A stretch of 64,000 nucleotides of DNA from Synergistaceae bacterium (GCA_021372895.1 JAJFTP010000060.1:4590-68589); one strand, 5' to 3'; numbered from the stretch's first letter, positions 36,617-48,788 are shown. The notes: a model not told the origin generated them from the sequence alone. Translations and numbers: made by a program.

Positions 36617-37558
36617 CTACAGGCTGCGTTTTATTTTAAACGATACCCTTATTATACTCTCCAGGAACTCGGCAAAGTCCATGCCATAAGCCTTCGCTGC
36701 TTTCGGCACAAGACTTGTGGCAGTCATTCCAGGTGCTGTATTGACCTCAAGCGCGTATATCCTGTCATCCTCTGTCACTCTGAAATCCACCCTGCTGTAG
36801 GCGCGGCAGCCAAGGCATTTATGCGCGGTAACCGCGATTTCGTTCAAACGTGAAGCTGCTTCGGGCGAAAACGGCGCGGGACATATATACTCGGTGCAGC
36901 CGCTCGTGTATTTATTCTTATAATCATAGAACCCGACCTTTGGCCTGATATCTATGGCAGGAAGCGCAATAACGTCGCCGTCATTCTTCTCCCACACCGA
37001 GACTGTGATCTCTCTGCCCGGGATATACTGCTCAACCAGTGCAAAATCCTCTAACTCCCAAGCCACAGCGAGTCCCTGAATAAGCGCTTCTATCGTTGCC
37101 GCCTGTGTAACTCCGACCGTGCTTCCGCCGCCTTTGGGTTTGACAATAAGCTGTCCGTATTTTTTTAGCATCTCTGATTCGGGTACTCCAACGACGCTTC
37201 CTTTTTCTTTCATAATGCCGTAAGGCACGGGCACTCCATTCTGAATAAATACTTGCTTTGATACATTCTTGTCCATCGAAAGCATGCAGGCCTCAGGCCC
37301 TGAGCCTGTGTAGGGGATACCAAAGGCTTCAAGGCAGGTCTGAAAGCGCCCATCCTCGCCCCATCCTCCGTGCAGGGCAACAAATACCCCGTCTGCGCCA
37401 AATGAGTCCCATTTTTCCACAAAGCTGCGCGGTGATTTCACATCCTCAAGAATGATGCTATGCCCTGCCGCTTCCAGCGCTTGGGCGACGGATGCGCCGG
37501 AATTCAGCGAGACCTCGCGCTCGGGGCTTGTTCCGCCATATGCTATTACAATTTTCAT
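36617..37558 (-). CDS. ddl: D-alanine--D-alanine ligase
   Basis: 313 aa. GGTSPEREVSL, ALHGGWGEDG and EVNTAPGMT motifs (ATP-grasp Ddl). Confidence 0.92.
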   Translation of the reverse strand: MKIVIAYGGTSPEREVSLNSGASVAQALEAAGHSIILEDVKSPRSFVEKWDSFGADGVFVALHGGWGEDGRFQTCLEAFGIPYTGSGPEACMLSMDKNVSKQVFIQNGVPVPYGIMKEKGSVVGVPESEMLKKYGQLIVKPKGGGSTVGVTQAATIEALIQGLAVAWELEDFALVEQYIPGREITVSVWEKNDGDVIALPAIDIRPKVGFYDYKNKYTSGCTEYICPAPFSPEAASRLNEIAVTAHKCLGCRAYSRVDFRVTEDDRIYALEVNTAPGMTATSLVPKAAKAYGMDFAEFLESIIRVSFKIKRSL

Positions 37559-37559
37559 A

Positions 37560-39281
37560 TCAGTTCAGCCCTCCTTCCTTTATGCCTGCAGGAACCTCAA
37601 ACGGATCGTAAATCTCTGAAAGTCCAAGGCTCATCTGTGTATCAGGGTAGGCATTTATCATAAACTTGAGCCCTATAGACAGTTCATCATCAGGCCTGCT
37701 GTCCCGCGCCCACAATTCCCATGTTATACAGTGTTTTTTGTATTCAAGAGAATAGATCATCTCTGCAATTTGGTTATCTATCATGTCATAGCCGGCGCGA
37801 ACGGAAAGCGTCCATTGTTCCCATGATTGGTTTCCAGGCATCGTATAGCTTATTTGCTGATATATATCCTCCCTGTCAAGGTACCTGTCCCAAAAAAGAG
37901 GCGAACCCCCGCTGACCCAGCGACGGGAATAAGCGGTCGCGAGCCCGACTGATCCGATCCCCCAGCGAAGACCTATTACAGCATCAGCTACCTTCTGAGT
38001 GCTGTCGTTATCGTCATCGTAATCGTAATACCAGTATGTTGTGTTGTAAAACGGCCTGATGGCCAGGCTGGCTATCTGCGGTTCACCATATATCTGCGCT
38101 CCCACTCCCAGACGTCCTGCCCACGGGCCGGAAACTTCCACATTGTCCTGATAGCGGCCCCACATGCCAAAGAAGCGGTAGTATCCGTTTAGGGCAAAAT
38201 CTCTGAACCATGGGCTGGTAAAAGAAAACTCAGGGGAACGCCATAAGTTGAAGCGCGTATCCATACCGACGCGCATCTCTGTCTCCACCAGCTCACGCTG
38301 GCTTTCCATCAGAGATGCTCTCCATCCGTTCGGACTGTTATAGTTTATTCCCCATTTCTGACGCCACATGCTGTCTCCGTCATCTTTATTATATGTCTTT
38401 TCCGTTGCGGTAAAGATCTCTACATTTTCAGTAATTTTCTGATATAACCCCAGCGTTGCCTCCCATATATCATCTGTCCAGTAAGTTGCGCCGATGTCGA
38501 TCTGGCCTCCGTCCCACGATATGGGGCCTCTCATTCCGATCCCGGCACCCTTGTCAGAATCATAGCCTATCATAGGCATTACATTGGTAGTTTTTTCATC
38601 CTCACCGGCAAGTGATGCTATGTAATCAAACGGATAAGTGAAGAGCAGGCTTTTACCAAGGTAGACCTGCGGGCGTTTAATCACTACTCTTTTACCCGGG
38701 ATCACTATGATTTGTTTTGAGACAAATTTATAGCATGGATTGGTAAAATCGCAGGTCGTCGATTCTACATCGAGCCATTGTGCCAACATATCATCATCGG
38801 TTCTTTTTTTAACGCTTCTTTTGGCGACGAGCTTCTGTTTTATTGCCTCATCAAGCGGCATAACTTGTAAATCACTGCCCTTGAAAAAAATAGCATCAAC
38901 TTTGCCGGAAGTATTTGTCATGACTCCCTTGCGTGTCGCTATATTGTACTGCAGACTCTGACCTGACAGCCTGTTGCCATTGACTAAAAGCGTTACAAGA
39001 TTACGGCTGTCAGAGAATGCCTTTATTACTTCGCTGTTAGTATCGTATTCGGCATAAGGAGCAAAGATGCGCATGTTCTTATTGCGCATCTTTACGTTTC
39101 CTTCGGCACTTGCTATACCTGTGGCGTTCTCATAGGTAAGCTTATCTGCATCCAGCTGTATCTCGTTTTGTTTTTCCTCCGCCGCACTGCAGGGAGAGGA
39201 AAAACAAAGAACGACGATAACAAAAACAGACAGACATACGACCAGCAACATATTGGAACAAGCCGGACGAGAATTGCCCAT
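37560..39281 (-). CDS. lptD: LptD/OstA-like outer-membrane LPS-assembly protein
   Basis: Signal peptide, then an OstA_N-like region (DADKLTYENATGIASAEGNVKMRNKNMRIFAPYAEYD) and a ~400-aa W/Y/G-rich beta-barrel-like C-terminus. The preferred start is ATG 39281 (MGNSRPA…), overlapping the upstream stop (TGATG). Confidence 0.65.
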   Translation of the reverse strand: MGNSRPACSNMLLVVCLSVFVIVVLCFSSPCSAAEEKQNEIQLDADKLTYENATGIASAEGNVKMRNKNMRIFAPYAEYDTNSEVIKAFSDSRNLVTLLVNGNRLSGQSLQYNIATRKGVMTNTSGKVDAIFFKGSDLQVMPLDEAIKQKLVAKRSVKKRTDDDMLAQWLDVESTTCDFTNPCYKFVSKQIIVIPGKRVVIKRPQVYLGKSLLFTYPFDYIASLAGEDEKTTNVMPMIGYDSDKGAGIGMRGPISWDGGQIDIGATYWTDDIWEATLGLYQKITENVEIFTATEKTYNKDDGDSMWRQKWGINYNSPNGWRASLMESQRELVETEMRVGMDTRFNLWRSPEFSFTSPWFRDFALNGYYRFFGMWGRYQDNVEVSGPWAGRLGVGAQIYGEPQIASLAIRPFYNTTYWYYDYDDDNDSTQKVADAVIGLRWGIGSVGLATAYSRRWVSGGSPLFWDRYLDREDIYQQISYTMPGNQSWEQWTLSVRAGYDMIDNQIAEMIYSLEYKKHCITWELWARDSRPDDELSIGLKFMINAYPDTQMSLGLSEIYDPFEVPAGIKEGGLN

Positions 39282-39823
39282 CACTTTTTCCACCGGACAG
39301 TGCAGCCGTTCGTTAACCTGCATTCGCCAAACTTCATATTAAATGATCCCTTTGCTCCTCTTACTTCAACAGAAGCATCTTTAAGCACGATCCCTTCAGA
39401 AAAATGCCAAGTCTCGGCAACGGCTTCATAATATGCTTCTCCGGCAGTTATTGAATACTTTTTTCCGCCTTGCAACATTTCCCCATCCGCCTGTCTCAGA
39501 GTAACATCATTATTATCCCTGGCGAAAGTCCCTTCTAACGCGAATAACTTAGACTCTCCGCCAGAAGGCTCTTTGATCGTAATGTCTATGGACTGCCCGC
39601 TGATCATGCCATCCTTGTGTTCAACCCTCGGAGATATAAAAGTCCAGTGTTTTCCTTCAATATCGCGTTCAACAGTTATGTTCTCAACAACTATATCCGG
39701 TATTTTCGTCATATCCCCGACGCCCAGGTGCAGATCCCTCCAAAAGTAAACTGCAAGCACGACCGCAATAAGAAGGGCAGCGCCAAAAACAGCTTTTCTT
39801 CCGGACAAGTTACCTATGCTCAC
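39281..39823 (-). CDS. LptC-like membrane-anchored OstA-fold protein
   Basis: 180 aa with a single N-terminal TM (AVFGAALLIAVVLAVYFW) and a beta-rich body with the LptC/LptA-like pattern. It is immediately upstream of, and overlapping, the lptD-like gene. Confidence 0.55.
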   Translation of the reverse strand: MSIGNLSGRKAVFGAALLIAVVLAVYFWRDLHLGVGDMTKIPDIVVENITVERDIEGKHWTFISPRVEHKDGMISGQSIDITIKEPSGGESKLFALEGTFARDNNDVTLRQADGEMLQGGKKYSITAGEAYYEAVAETWHFSEGIVLKDASVEVRGAKGSFNMKFGECRLTNGCTVRWKK

Positions 39824-39843
39824 AGGCAGGGCCGGACCTGTTC

Positions 39844-40857
39844 CTACTTGATCGCAGGCGTGCTGCCCTGAGGCACTGACACATCCCCGGAAGACACCAT
39901 TGATGATATCTGCGCCGGTACTTTATAGCCCTGCACCGTGTTTACCCCTACTGTTTCAACATAGAACAGGGTGCCTTCCTTAAGCTCTTTGTCTGAACCC
40001 CTGACTAAAAACCCGCTTGCAAGCCCAAGGGGACCGAGCAGAACCGCTCCGGCAAAGCTCGCCCCAACAGCCCCTACGGTAGCCTGATCCGCTTCCATTG
40101 CCTTCTTGGCAGATTCACCCATTGTTACCGGTACAGAACCTGGACCAAGTACCTCAAGCGCGTCAAACTCAATCTCTATCTCTGATGGACGCCCAAAACT
40201 ACGCGGACGTTTTACCTTAGAGACGTGTGCAAAGACACGGCTGCCCTTCGGCGCGACAAGAGTCTGATTTACCACGACCTCTTCGATAAGGTTCAGCACC
40301 ACCTTGTCATCAACTTTGACGTTGCTGACCGACAATGTCTGCGCAAGAGCAGTCTTGACTATTGTCGTTGCCGGGACCTCTGCAGGCGACGACATCGCAC
40401 CTTCGGGCAGCAGCTTGATTATGACCTTCTCTATGCGTGATGCCAAAGCTCCGCCCAGCACAGCTCCGTCCAGAATAGACTCAAGCGTCTCCACGCGACG
40501 CGCAAGGGGCCACGCCGGATGTATCTGCTGAGAGACGGCCCATTCGGCAACGGAAAGCTTAAAGAGTACGGATGGCTGCGTCAGGCTGCCCTTTTCAAGA
40601 AAATCGAGCATTGCTGTCTGACGTTCGGTAAGACTCCCTGGAAGTTCTCTCCCAAACACATCCTTTTCCGCATTTGTAAGTCTGGATATAAGCCCGCCGC
40701 CCTGAGGCGCACCGTATACTATAGTCTCTATCCTCTCCAGCGTATGAAAAGCCGGACCTCCGTCAGCCACAACGGTGTCGGCAGCCATTGCCGGCATAAC
40801 TGCAATTGCCGCACAGAAAAACAGAGCAAAACAAAATAATAGAACACGAAATTTCAT
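39844..40857 (-). CDS. Exported hypothetical protein with an internal N-terminal repeat
   Basis: 337 aa. Signal peptide MKFRVLLFCFALFFCAAIAVMPAMA with no lipobox. Two copies of an LER.E…G….GG.L.SR motif are followed by a G/A/V-rich beta-type C-terminal domain. I recognise no family. Confidence 0.5.
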   Translation of the reverse strand: MKFRVLLFCFALFFCAAIAVMPAMAADTVVADGGPAFHTLERIETIVYGAPQGGGLISRLTNAEKDVFGRELPGSLTERQTAMLDFLEKGSLTQPSVLFKLSVAEWAVSQQIHPAWPLARRVETLESILDGAVLGGALASRIEKVIIKLLPEGAMSSPAEVPATTIVKTALAQTLSVSNVKVDDKVVLNLIEEVVVNQTLVAPKGSRVFAHVSKVKRPRSFGRPSEIEIEFDALEVLGPGSVPVTMGESAKKAMEADQATVGAVGASFAGAVLLGPLGLASGFLVRGSDKELKEGTLFYVETVGVNTVQGYKVPAQISSMVSSGDVSVPQGSTPAIK

Positions 40858-40881
40858 CTCTTTGTGCCTCCCTTCAAATCT

Positions 40882-42552
<1,671 letters not shown>

Positions 42553-43935
42553 TTATTTGAGGAATCTGATAGGGTTGACCGGCGATCCGTTGCGACGCAC
42601 CTCAAAGTGCAGATGGTTGCCTGTTGAACGCCCGGTGCTGCCGACCCGCGCGATCGTCTGCCCGGCCCTGACAAAAGCACCGCTTCCCACGACCAGGCTG
42701 CTGCAGTGTCCGTAAAGGGTCGTAAGACCACCGGGATGTGAAATGACAACAGCCTTGCCGTATCCGCTCATCCATCCGGCATAAACGACACGCCCATCAC
42801 AAGCTGCCATGATACCGCGCCCGCGCGGAGCCCTGATGTCAAGCCCTGAATGGAACAGACGTCTGCGTCCGAATGGGTTGCGGCGCCATCCGAATGAGCT
42901 GGATATATTACCTATCACAGGCCAGCGGAATCTCCTCGATGCCGACGAGGTTATCCTGCTTGTGGCATATCTTGCGATTTTTTTACCGCCGGATTCCGCA
43001 ACAGCCACGATCTTAGCGCCGGGCAGGAATATTTCCTGTCCGATGATAAGACCCGCATCCCCGACAATGGAGTTTGCCACCAGCACAGCTTCCTTTGAAG
43101 AACCATACCTGTCTGCCAGCTTTGCCACCGAATCATTTCTTGAGACCCTGACGAATATACCGTCCTGGTTTGGTATACGCAGTGTAGTGCCAAGTTTTAA
43201 CGAATTGATATCTTTAAGTTTGTTTGAACCTATTATCGTATCGAGATCCAGGTTGAACCGGTTTGATATGGACCAGAGAGTGTCCCCGTTTTTCACAACG
43301 TATGCGGTGATTGAGATCGGTTTTACCTGTTTCCTCATTGCAATTTCAGCTCTCTGCAGCTTCATGACGTATGAAAGCGTCTGGGGCACATACTCGGGAC
43401 TGTCAGGGACATATAGCACCTCTGAGTAATGCAGTTTCTCGCTTGGATTCAGGGCATTGGCCCTGCGGATATCTGACGCAGGGATACCAAATTCTTTTGC
43501 TATTGACTCAATAGTGTCGCCCTCTTCAAGCACGACTTCCTGCCAGTGGATATCTTCATCGAGCGTTGTTTTGTCGGCACTTGAAATCAGTCCGTCGCCC
43601 CTCGACAGAACACCATACAATTTTAGCTCTTCCGTTGTGAGTGATGGAACGCTTGGAAGGGGCCCTATTCCCAGCGGAACGACTTCTGTCTCCTCAGACG
43701 CCTCGGCAGGCGACCCCTCGAGAGGCAGAATAGCAGATACATCTGCCATTATAAAACCACGGTTATCCTCCGGCTTTTCTGCCGTAAAGTCGCTATCGAG
43801 CCCCATCCAATACATACCGGCTCTCTCTGCCGCGATTGCGGCAAAGATCACAGCCGCACCCGCAGCGATCAGGACAAACAGACTGAAACAGATAGTCTTT
43901 CTTTTATTCAAAATTATTTCAGATAGTCTGAACAT
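42553..43935 (-). CDS. LysM-domain M23 family metallopeptidase
   Basis: 460 aa with an N-terminal TM and three LysM-like repeats (e.g. VLEEGDTIESIAKEFGI, YVVKNGDTLWSISNRFN, VSRNDSVAKLADRYG). The C-terminal M23 domain carries HSGLDI and GSTGRSTGNHLHFEV. Confidence 0.85.
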   Translation of the reverse strand: MFRLSEIILNKRKTICFSLFVLIAAGAAVIFAAIAAERAGMYWMGLDSDFTAEKPEDNRGFIMADVSAILPLEGSPAEASEETEVVPLGIGPLPSVPSLTTEELKLYGVLSRGDGLISSADKTTLDEDIHWQEVVLEEGDTIESIAKEFGIPASDIRRANALNPSEKLHYSEVLYVPDSPEYVPQTLSYVMKLQRAEIAMRKQVKPISITAYVVKNGDTLWSISNRFNLDLDTIIGSNKLKDINSLKLGTTLRIPNQDGIFVRVSRNDSVAKLADRYGSSKEAVLVANSIVGDAGLIIGQEIFLPGAKIVAVAESGGKKIARYATSRITSSASRRFRWPVIGNISSSFGWRRNPFGRRRLFHSGLDIRAPRGRGIMAACDGRVVYAGWMSGYGKAVVISHPGGLTTLYGHCSSLVVGSGAFVRAGQTIARVGSTGRSTGNHLHFEVRRNGSPVNPIRFLK

Positions 43936-44001
43936 ATATCAGCCACCCCATCCTCAAACTTTGAATTCAACCCTGCCATATCATTATACGATTTCAGATT
44001 T

Positions 44002-45507
44002 CTAACTTACCTTTATTGTAGCAAGAAATTCCCTGTTATTAGCCGTACTGCGCAATTTATCCAGAATGAGATTCAATATTTCAGACTCATCCATATTTGC
44101 TGTTTTGCGCCGCAGCGCCCAGATACGCTGAAGATCGTCATCAGGGACAAGCAGTTCTTCCTTGCGCGTACCCGATTTAGTTATATCAAGAGCGGGGAAT
44201 ATCCTCTGTTCCGAAATCTTACGGGATAGATGGACCTCCATATTCCCTGTCCCCTTGAACTCTTCATATATCACATCGTCCATCCTGCTTCCGGTTTCAA
44301 CCAGCGACGTCCCTATTATAGTCAGGCTGCCGCCAAATTCAATATTACGAGCCGCACCGAAAAATTTCTTCGGGAAATAAAGCCCGGCGGGATCCATACC
44401 TCCCGACAGAGTCCTGCCGGATGGCGGCACGATAAGGTTAGAAGCACGTGCAAGCCTTGTTATCGAATCGAGCAAAAGCACGACATCCTTCGAGACCTCG
44501 ACAAGTCTTTTCGCCTTCTCAAGCGCAAGGGCTGCGACACGCATATGCTCCTCTGCCGGCCTGTCGAACGTGGAAGCAATTATTTCGCCGTCGACGGAGC
44601 GCATCATATCGGTAACTTCCTCCGGGCGTTCGTCAATGAGCAGCACCATGAGAATGACTTCCGGATGGTTTGTAGTTATCGCATTAGCCAGGTTTTTCAG
44701 AAGGGTCGTCTTTCCAGCCTTAGGCGGAGATACTATCAGAGCCCTCTGGCCTTTCCCAATCGGAGCAAAAAGATCTACTATCCGCGTAGCAACAATATTC
44801 CTCTCGGTCTCAAGGGTAAGTTTTTCATTTGGGAAAATAGGGGTAAGGGTTTCAAAATGTGGTCTTTTCCTTGCTGCTTCAGGATCTGTAAAGTTTACAT
44901 TTTCTACGCGCAACAGAGCTTCATAATGTTCCTGATCTTTTGGCGGACGGATTATTCCCCAGACGACATCTCCGTTGCGAAGCCCAAATCTTCGTATCTG
45001 TGACGCAGAGACATATATGTCGTTATTACTGGGCAGAAGCCCGGAGGGACGCAGAAAACCGTACCCGTCAGGCAGACATTCCAGAGTGCCTCCGCTGAAG
45101 CGATAGCCCATCTTCTCTGCCTGTGTCCTAAGTATATCGATTATAAGGTCATCTTTGCGCCGCGCAGAGATAGATGAAACCCCGATCTCTTTTGCTATTT
45201 TTCTGAGTTCGGTCAGTGTCTGCCCGGCAAGGAAATTAAAACCAAGTTTAGGATGGGTATGCTTGTACTGCCCCTTTTCGTTCTTCTCTGGCTCCGCAGA
45301 GCCTGAAACTTCTACTGCGGATGGAACTTCCGCTGTCGTTTTTGGCACAGCATCCGCGGGACCGGCACCTTGTGCTTCATCCTTAACTTTTATGGTCTCA
45401 GGCTCCTGTCTCACTGGCAACACCGATTTGACAGCTTTGATGGCTGCCTCTTCAGTCTTTATCTCCTGAACTCCTTCTGTTTCTGTTTCCTTCTTTTTCC
45501 TCGGCAA
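44002..45507 (-). CDS. rho: Transcription termination factor Rho with a ~95-aa N-terminal low-complexity extension
   Basis: 501 aa. Rho_N ([14 protein letters not shown]), CSD-like RNA-binding domain (GYGFLRP), Walker [11 protein letters not shown] and C-terminal [17 protein letters not shown]. Confidence 0.93.
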   Translation of the reverse strand: MPRKKKETETEGVQEIKTEEAAIKAVKSVLPVRQEPETIKVKDEAQGAGPADAVPKTTAEVPSAVEVSGSAEPEKNEKGQYKHTHPKLGFNFLAGQTLTELRKIAKEIGVSSISARRKDDLIIDILRTQAEKMGYRFSGGTLECLPDGYGFLRPSGLLPSNNDIYVSASQIRRFGLRNGDVVWGIIRPPKDQEHYEALLRVENVNFTDPEAARKRPHFETLTPIFPNEKLTLETERNIVATRIVDLFAPIGKGQRALIVSPPKAGKTTLLKNLANAITTNHPEVILMVLLIDERPEEVTDMMRSVDGEIIASTFDRPAEEHMRVAALALEKAKRLVEVSKDVVLLLDSITRLARASNLIVPPSGRTLSGGMDPAGLYFPKKFFGAARNIEFGGSLTIIGTSLVETGSRMDDVIYEEFKGTGNMEVHLSRKISEQRIFPALDITKSGTRKEELLVPDDDLQRIWALRRKTANMDESEILNLILDKLRSTANNREFLATIKVS

Positions 45508-45531
45508 CGCTCTTGACCTCCCGGTCTTGTG

Positions 45532-45987
45532 TCATTTCCTTCTGACCACATTGAAATTTATTTCCGACCAAACTTTGGTCGGTGTTGAAACCATAACGCG
45601 ATATGAACCGACCGGCAAGGGGGTACCCTCTTCTCGGAGCAGATAGAATGCCCTCTCTCCGTCTTTTGCCATAAGTTTAATAGACTCTGAAAGTACAAGT
45701 TCTTTTCCGTAATACCACGAAACTGCAATGTGGCTCCCCTCACTGGCTGAAGAGTAACGAAACCATAAGCATATCTGACGTGAACCATATGGGATGCTGT
45801 TGCCGATGTTTAAAGGCTGACGATCATCGTCGAGCTCCTGACATATCACTGCCCGCTCAATACGGAAAGAAACTCCAAAAAGACCGCCGCTTAGACTCCA
45901 GGCACTGAGCAGGAGCAGAACTATAACACTTATGCCGAGAAAGACAAGCGGTCTTTTGCCGGATACGCTTGTTTCATGATACTTCAT
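45532..45987 (-). CDS. Hypothetical membrane-anchored protein
   Basis: 151 aa with one N-terminal TM and a beta-rich soluble domain. No motif recognised. Confidence 0.45.
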   Translation of the reverse strand: MKYHETSVSGKRPLVFLGISVIVLLLLSAWSLSGGLFGVSFRIERAVICQELDDDRQPLNIGNSIPYGSRQICLWFRYSSASEGSHIAVSWYYGKELVLSESIKLMAKDGERAFYLLREEGTPLPVGSYRVMVSTPTKVWSEINFNVVRRK

Positions 45988-46047
45988 ATAAGACCACCAA
46001 TCTCTGACAGATTATTCTACCATGAGAATGATACAAAAGACAAAAAA

Positions 46048-46941
46048 TTAGATTTGAAACCTTTTCCAGATATCAAAAAGACCGGAGACCACGGCTTCAT
46101 GGAACTTAAGGGGAAGCCCGTCAACTGAAAACCCGACTCTTCTGCTTATACCGTCAACTGCACCGCTGCGGACAAGCGCATCCATCATTGCACGCTCATC
46201 CCCTCCCCGGTGTCCGCGCCAGACTCCCCAGATATGAGATAGGGCCGCTACCAGCGCGTAACCTCCCCAGTTACTTACATCAGCCGGTATGGCAATATCA
46301 GTGCGAATGACCGAAAGGCATTCTCTATAATCGGGAAGTATATCATAAAGTTCGGAGATAAAATTTCCCATTCCAACCTCGTTGCCGCCGTCACCGATAC
46401 CTATAGTTGAAATGTTCTTATCTGAGCATGCTATGGCAAATCCATCAAGCTTTGGCGTCCACGCTGATATATTGTTTTTTCTTATGTTGTAGTAATTACC
46501 GTCTGCAGCACGCCCCAGCCTCTCAATAAAAATGATGCCGTCAGGCGAGAAGGAATCGATCACTTCGTCTGCCTCAGCCACATTCACACATTCGGGAGGT
46601 AATCCTGCAGAGGCTGCACAGGCTCTAAAAACGTCCAAACAAAGATGGTCTGTCCATATTTCCACAGCGGCGCCCTGCTCCAGAAACGCACGTGCAAGCA
46701 TAACCGCCCCGCCCGGTCCGTCTGTCTCAGCCGCTCCTGCTGATGGGACAAAAAAACCTGAAACTACTGCTACCTTTGAAAACGTTGAAATTTTCTCTGC
46801 CGCCATCTGCCAGTACTCCGGACGGCAAAGCCCGGATACTCTCCTGCCGCTTCTGTCCAAAGCAACGACAGATGTGAGCTCCTGTGCAAATTTTAAAGGG
46901 ACTTGGTTCTTTGTCTTTGTTCCTTCCCTTTTATAACACAT
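46048..46941 (-). CDS. DUF4392 (D-glutamate cyclase-like) domain protein
   Basis: 297 aa. VVSGFFVPSAGAAETDGPGGAVMLARAF resembles the conserved ETDGP(P)GA core of DUF4392. The family call is from memory. Confidence 0.5.
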   Translation of the reverse strand: MCYKREGTKTKNQVPLKFAQELTSVVALDRSGRRVSGLCRPEYWQMAAEKISTFSKVAVVSGFFVPSAGAAETDGPGGAVMLARAFLEQGAAVEIWTDHLCLDVFRACAASAGLPPECVNVAEADEVIDSFSPDGIIFIERLGRAADGNYYNIRKNNISAWTPKLDGFAIACSDKNISTIGIGDGGNEVGMGNFISELYDILPDYRECLSVIRTDIAIPADVSNWGGYALVAALSHIWGVWRGHRGGDERAMMDALVRSGAVDGISRRVGFSVDGLPLKFHEAVVSGLFDIWKRFQI

Positions 46942-46948
46942 CTATCAT

Positions 46949-47911
46949 CTATATGCTCAGGGTATCGACAAGACGCAGCATATCGGGATCGAGAGGTTTT
47001 TTTTGTTCCCAGGCAACCTGAAGAGGAGAAGCAACGATACTGCCTCCGACACGGCCCACCATCATCCCAGTCTGTCCCTCGAGAAGCAGTTCTACGGCAG
47101 CGGAACCCAGTCTCGACGCAAGAACAGTGTCAAAACATGACGGCGCCCCGCCGCGCTGCAAATAACCAAGAACGACTATACGCAGATCGTAGTCGCTATG
47201 GTCCTTGAGCTTGGCGGCAAGTTCCGAAGCGGACATCACTCCCTCTGCAAGGACGATCAGGGAATGCGTCTTGCCCTCCTCCTTAGCGTTATGCAGCTTT
47301 CTGGCTATTGCCTCTATATCCACAGGGATCTCCGGCAAAAGAACAAATTCCGCACCACAGGCGACCCCGGTCTCAAGAGCCAGGTAGCCGGAGCGACGCC
47401 CCATAACCTCAATAATAAACATTCTGTCATGGCTGGACGCGGTATCGCGCAGCTTGCTGATGCATTCTAGCGCCGTATTGCAGGCGGTGTCAAAACCAAT
47501 TGTACAGTCAGTGCCTGCTATGTCGTTATCTATCGTTCCAGGTATGCCTACGACCATAATGCCTCTTTTGTGAAGTTCCAAGGCCCCGCGATATGAACCG
47601 TCGCCTCCGATTACCGCCAACGCATCAATGTCATTTTCTTTGAGCTTCGATACTCCTAAATTGACACCCTCAGGTCTCATAAAAGCATCACAGCGGGCTG
47701 TACGGAGGATCGTGCCGCCATGCAGGATGATACCTCCGACAGAACTCCTCGTCATCGGCAGAAAATCACCCTCAAGCAGGCCTTCATAGCCTCTGCGTAT
47801 CCCGACCACCTGTAACCCGTGATAAAGGGCTGTGCGCGTGACGGCACGTATAGCCGCGTTCATCCCGGGAGAATCACCTCCGCTTGTAAGAACACCTATC
47901 CTGCGTAACAT
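46949..47911 (-). CDS. pfkA: ATP-dependent 6-phosphofructokinase
   Basis: 320 aa. GVLTSGGDSPGMNAAIR, IGGDGSY, PGTIDND and MGRRSG motifs. Confidence 0.92.
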   Translation of the reverse strand: MLRRIGVLTSGGDSPGMNAAIRAVTRTALYHGLQVVGIRRGYEGLLEGDFLPMTRSSVGGIILHGGTILRTARCDAFMRPEGVNLGVSKLKENDIDALAVIGGDGSYRGALELHKRGIMVVGIPGTIDNDIAGTDCTIGFDTACNTALECISKLRDTASSHDRMFIIEVMGRRSGYLALETGVACGAEFVLLPEIPVDIEAIARKLHNAKEEGKTHSLIVLAEGVMSASELAAKLKDHSDYDLRIVVLGYLQRGGAPSCFDTVLASRLGSAAVELLLEGQTGMMVGRVGGSIVASPLQVAWEQKKPLDPDMLRLVDTLSI

Positions 47912-48055
47912 GCGATTACCCCTTCTTTAAAAACAAAAATCGTCTTTTTACAAAGACATTATAACAGTCCTCACCTAAAGAAACATGAACTATATACCAT
48001 AGCATGCCAAAGATAGAAAATACCGATGTCTGACCCGATTCACGCCGTAAGTTTG

Positions 48056-48736
48056 CTACAATCCGGCTGTTCCGTCCCAAGCCTTTTCGTTCTCTGCCGA
48101 TGTTATCCTTCTTGTCCAGACTGCAGCCGCCGTAACCATGCCTCCTGCGGATTCTACAGCATGTTTCGCAGCTCTCAGCGTACCGCCTGTCGTATAGACA
48201 TCATCAACCAGCAGGACCCTTTTACCGGAAACACTTCGTACATCCGCCTGCAACGCATCAGCCGGCATAGACCTTCTCTCGTGCACCCGTTTACCGGTCT
48301 GCGTACCGAGCTCAAATTTCCATTCCAGCGCGTGATGATCACAATAAGTATGCCTGACTTCGGCTATCCCCTGTGCCAGCATCTCAGTCTGGTTATATGC
48401 CCTTCCGCTCGTCTTGTGCAGAGGGATCGGGACTATAACGTCGGATTCCGTATAGGGGAGCATCTTGCCTATGAGCATACCCATAGGCAATCCTAAACTG
48501 CGTACATTGCGGTATTTAAGTCTCAGGATCAAATCCCTCGCTATGCCTTCGTGTACCGCAAGAGCAAAACACGGCACCGAACCGTAGCAACAATCCACCC
48601 CGTAACGACCGCCGCAGCAAAGACAGTACGGCGGGAGCGGAGAGGCAACGGATCCGAGACATACAGGACAATGTGATACGCCCACCCTGCCGCATACAGG
48701 GCAATGTTCGGGCCAGACAAGGTGGGGCATCAACAT
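48056..48736 (-). CDS. comFC: ComF family phosphoribosyltransferase-domain protein
   Basis: 226 aa. N-terminal Cys-rich zinc finger (CPVCG…CPVCL) and PRPP-binding loop VLLVDDVYTTGGT. Confidence 0.8.
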   Translation of the reverse strand: MLMPHLVWPEHCPVCGRVGVSHCPVCLGSVASPLPPYCLCCGGRYGVDCCYGSVPCFALAVHEGIARDLILRLKYRNVRSLGLPMGMLIGKMLPYTESDVIVPIPLHKTSGRAYNQTEMLAQGIAEVRHTYCDHHALEWKFELGTQTGKRVHERRSMPADALQADVRSVSGKRVLLVDDVYTTGGTLRAAKHAVESAGGMVTAAAVWTRRITSAENEKAWDGTAGL

Positions 48737-48788
48737 TATAATTGATTTAACAGCCAGTTTCAGATGGATCTTAATTTTAAAATCCCTG

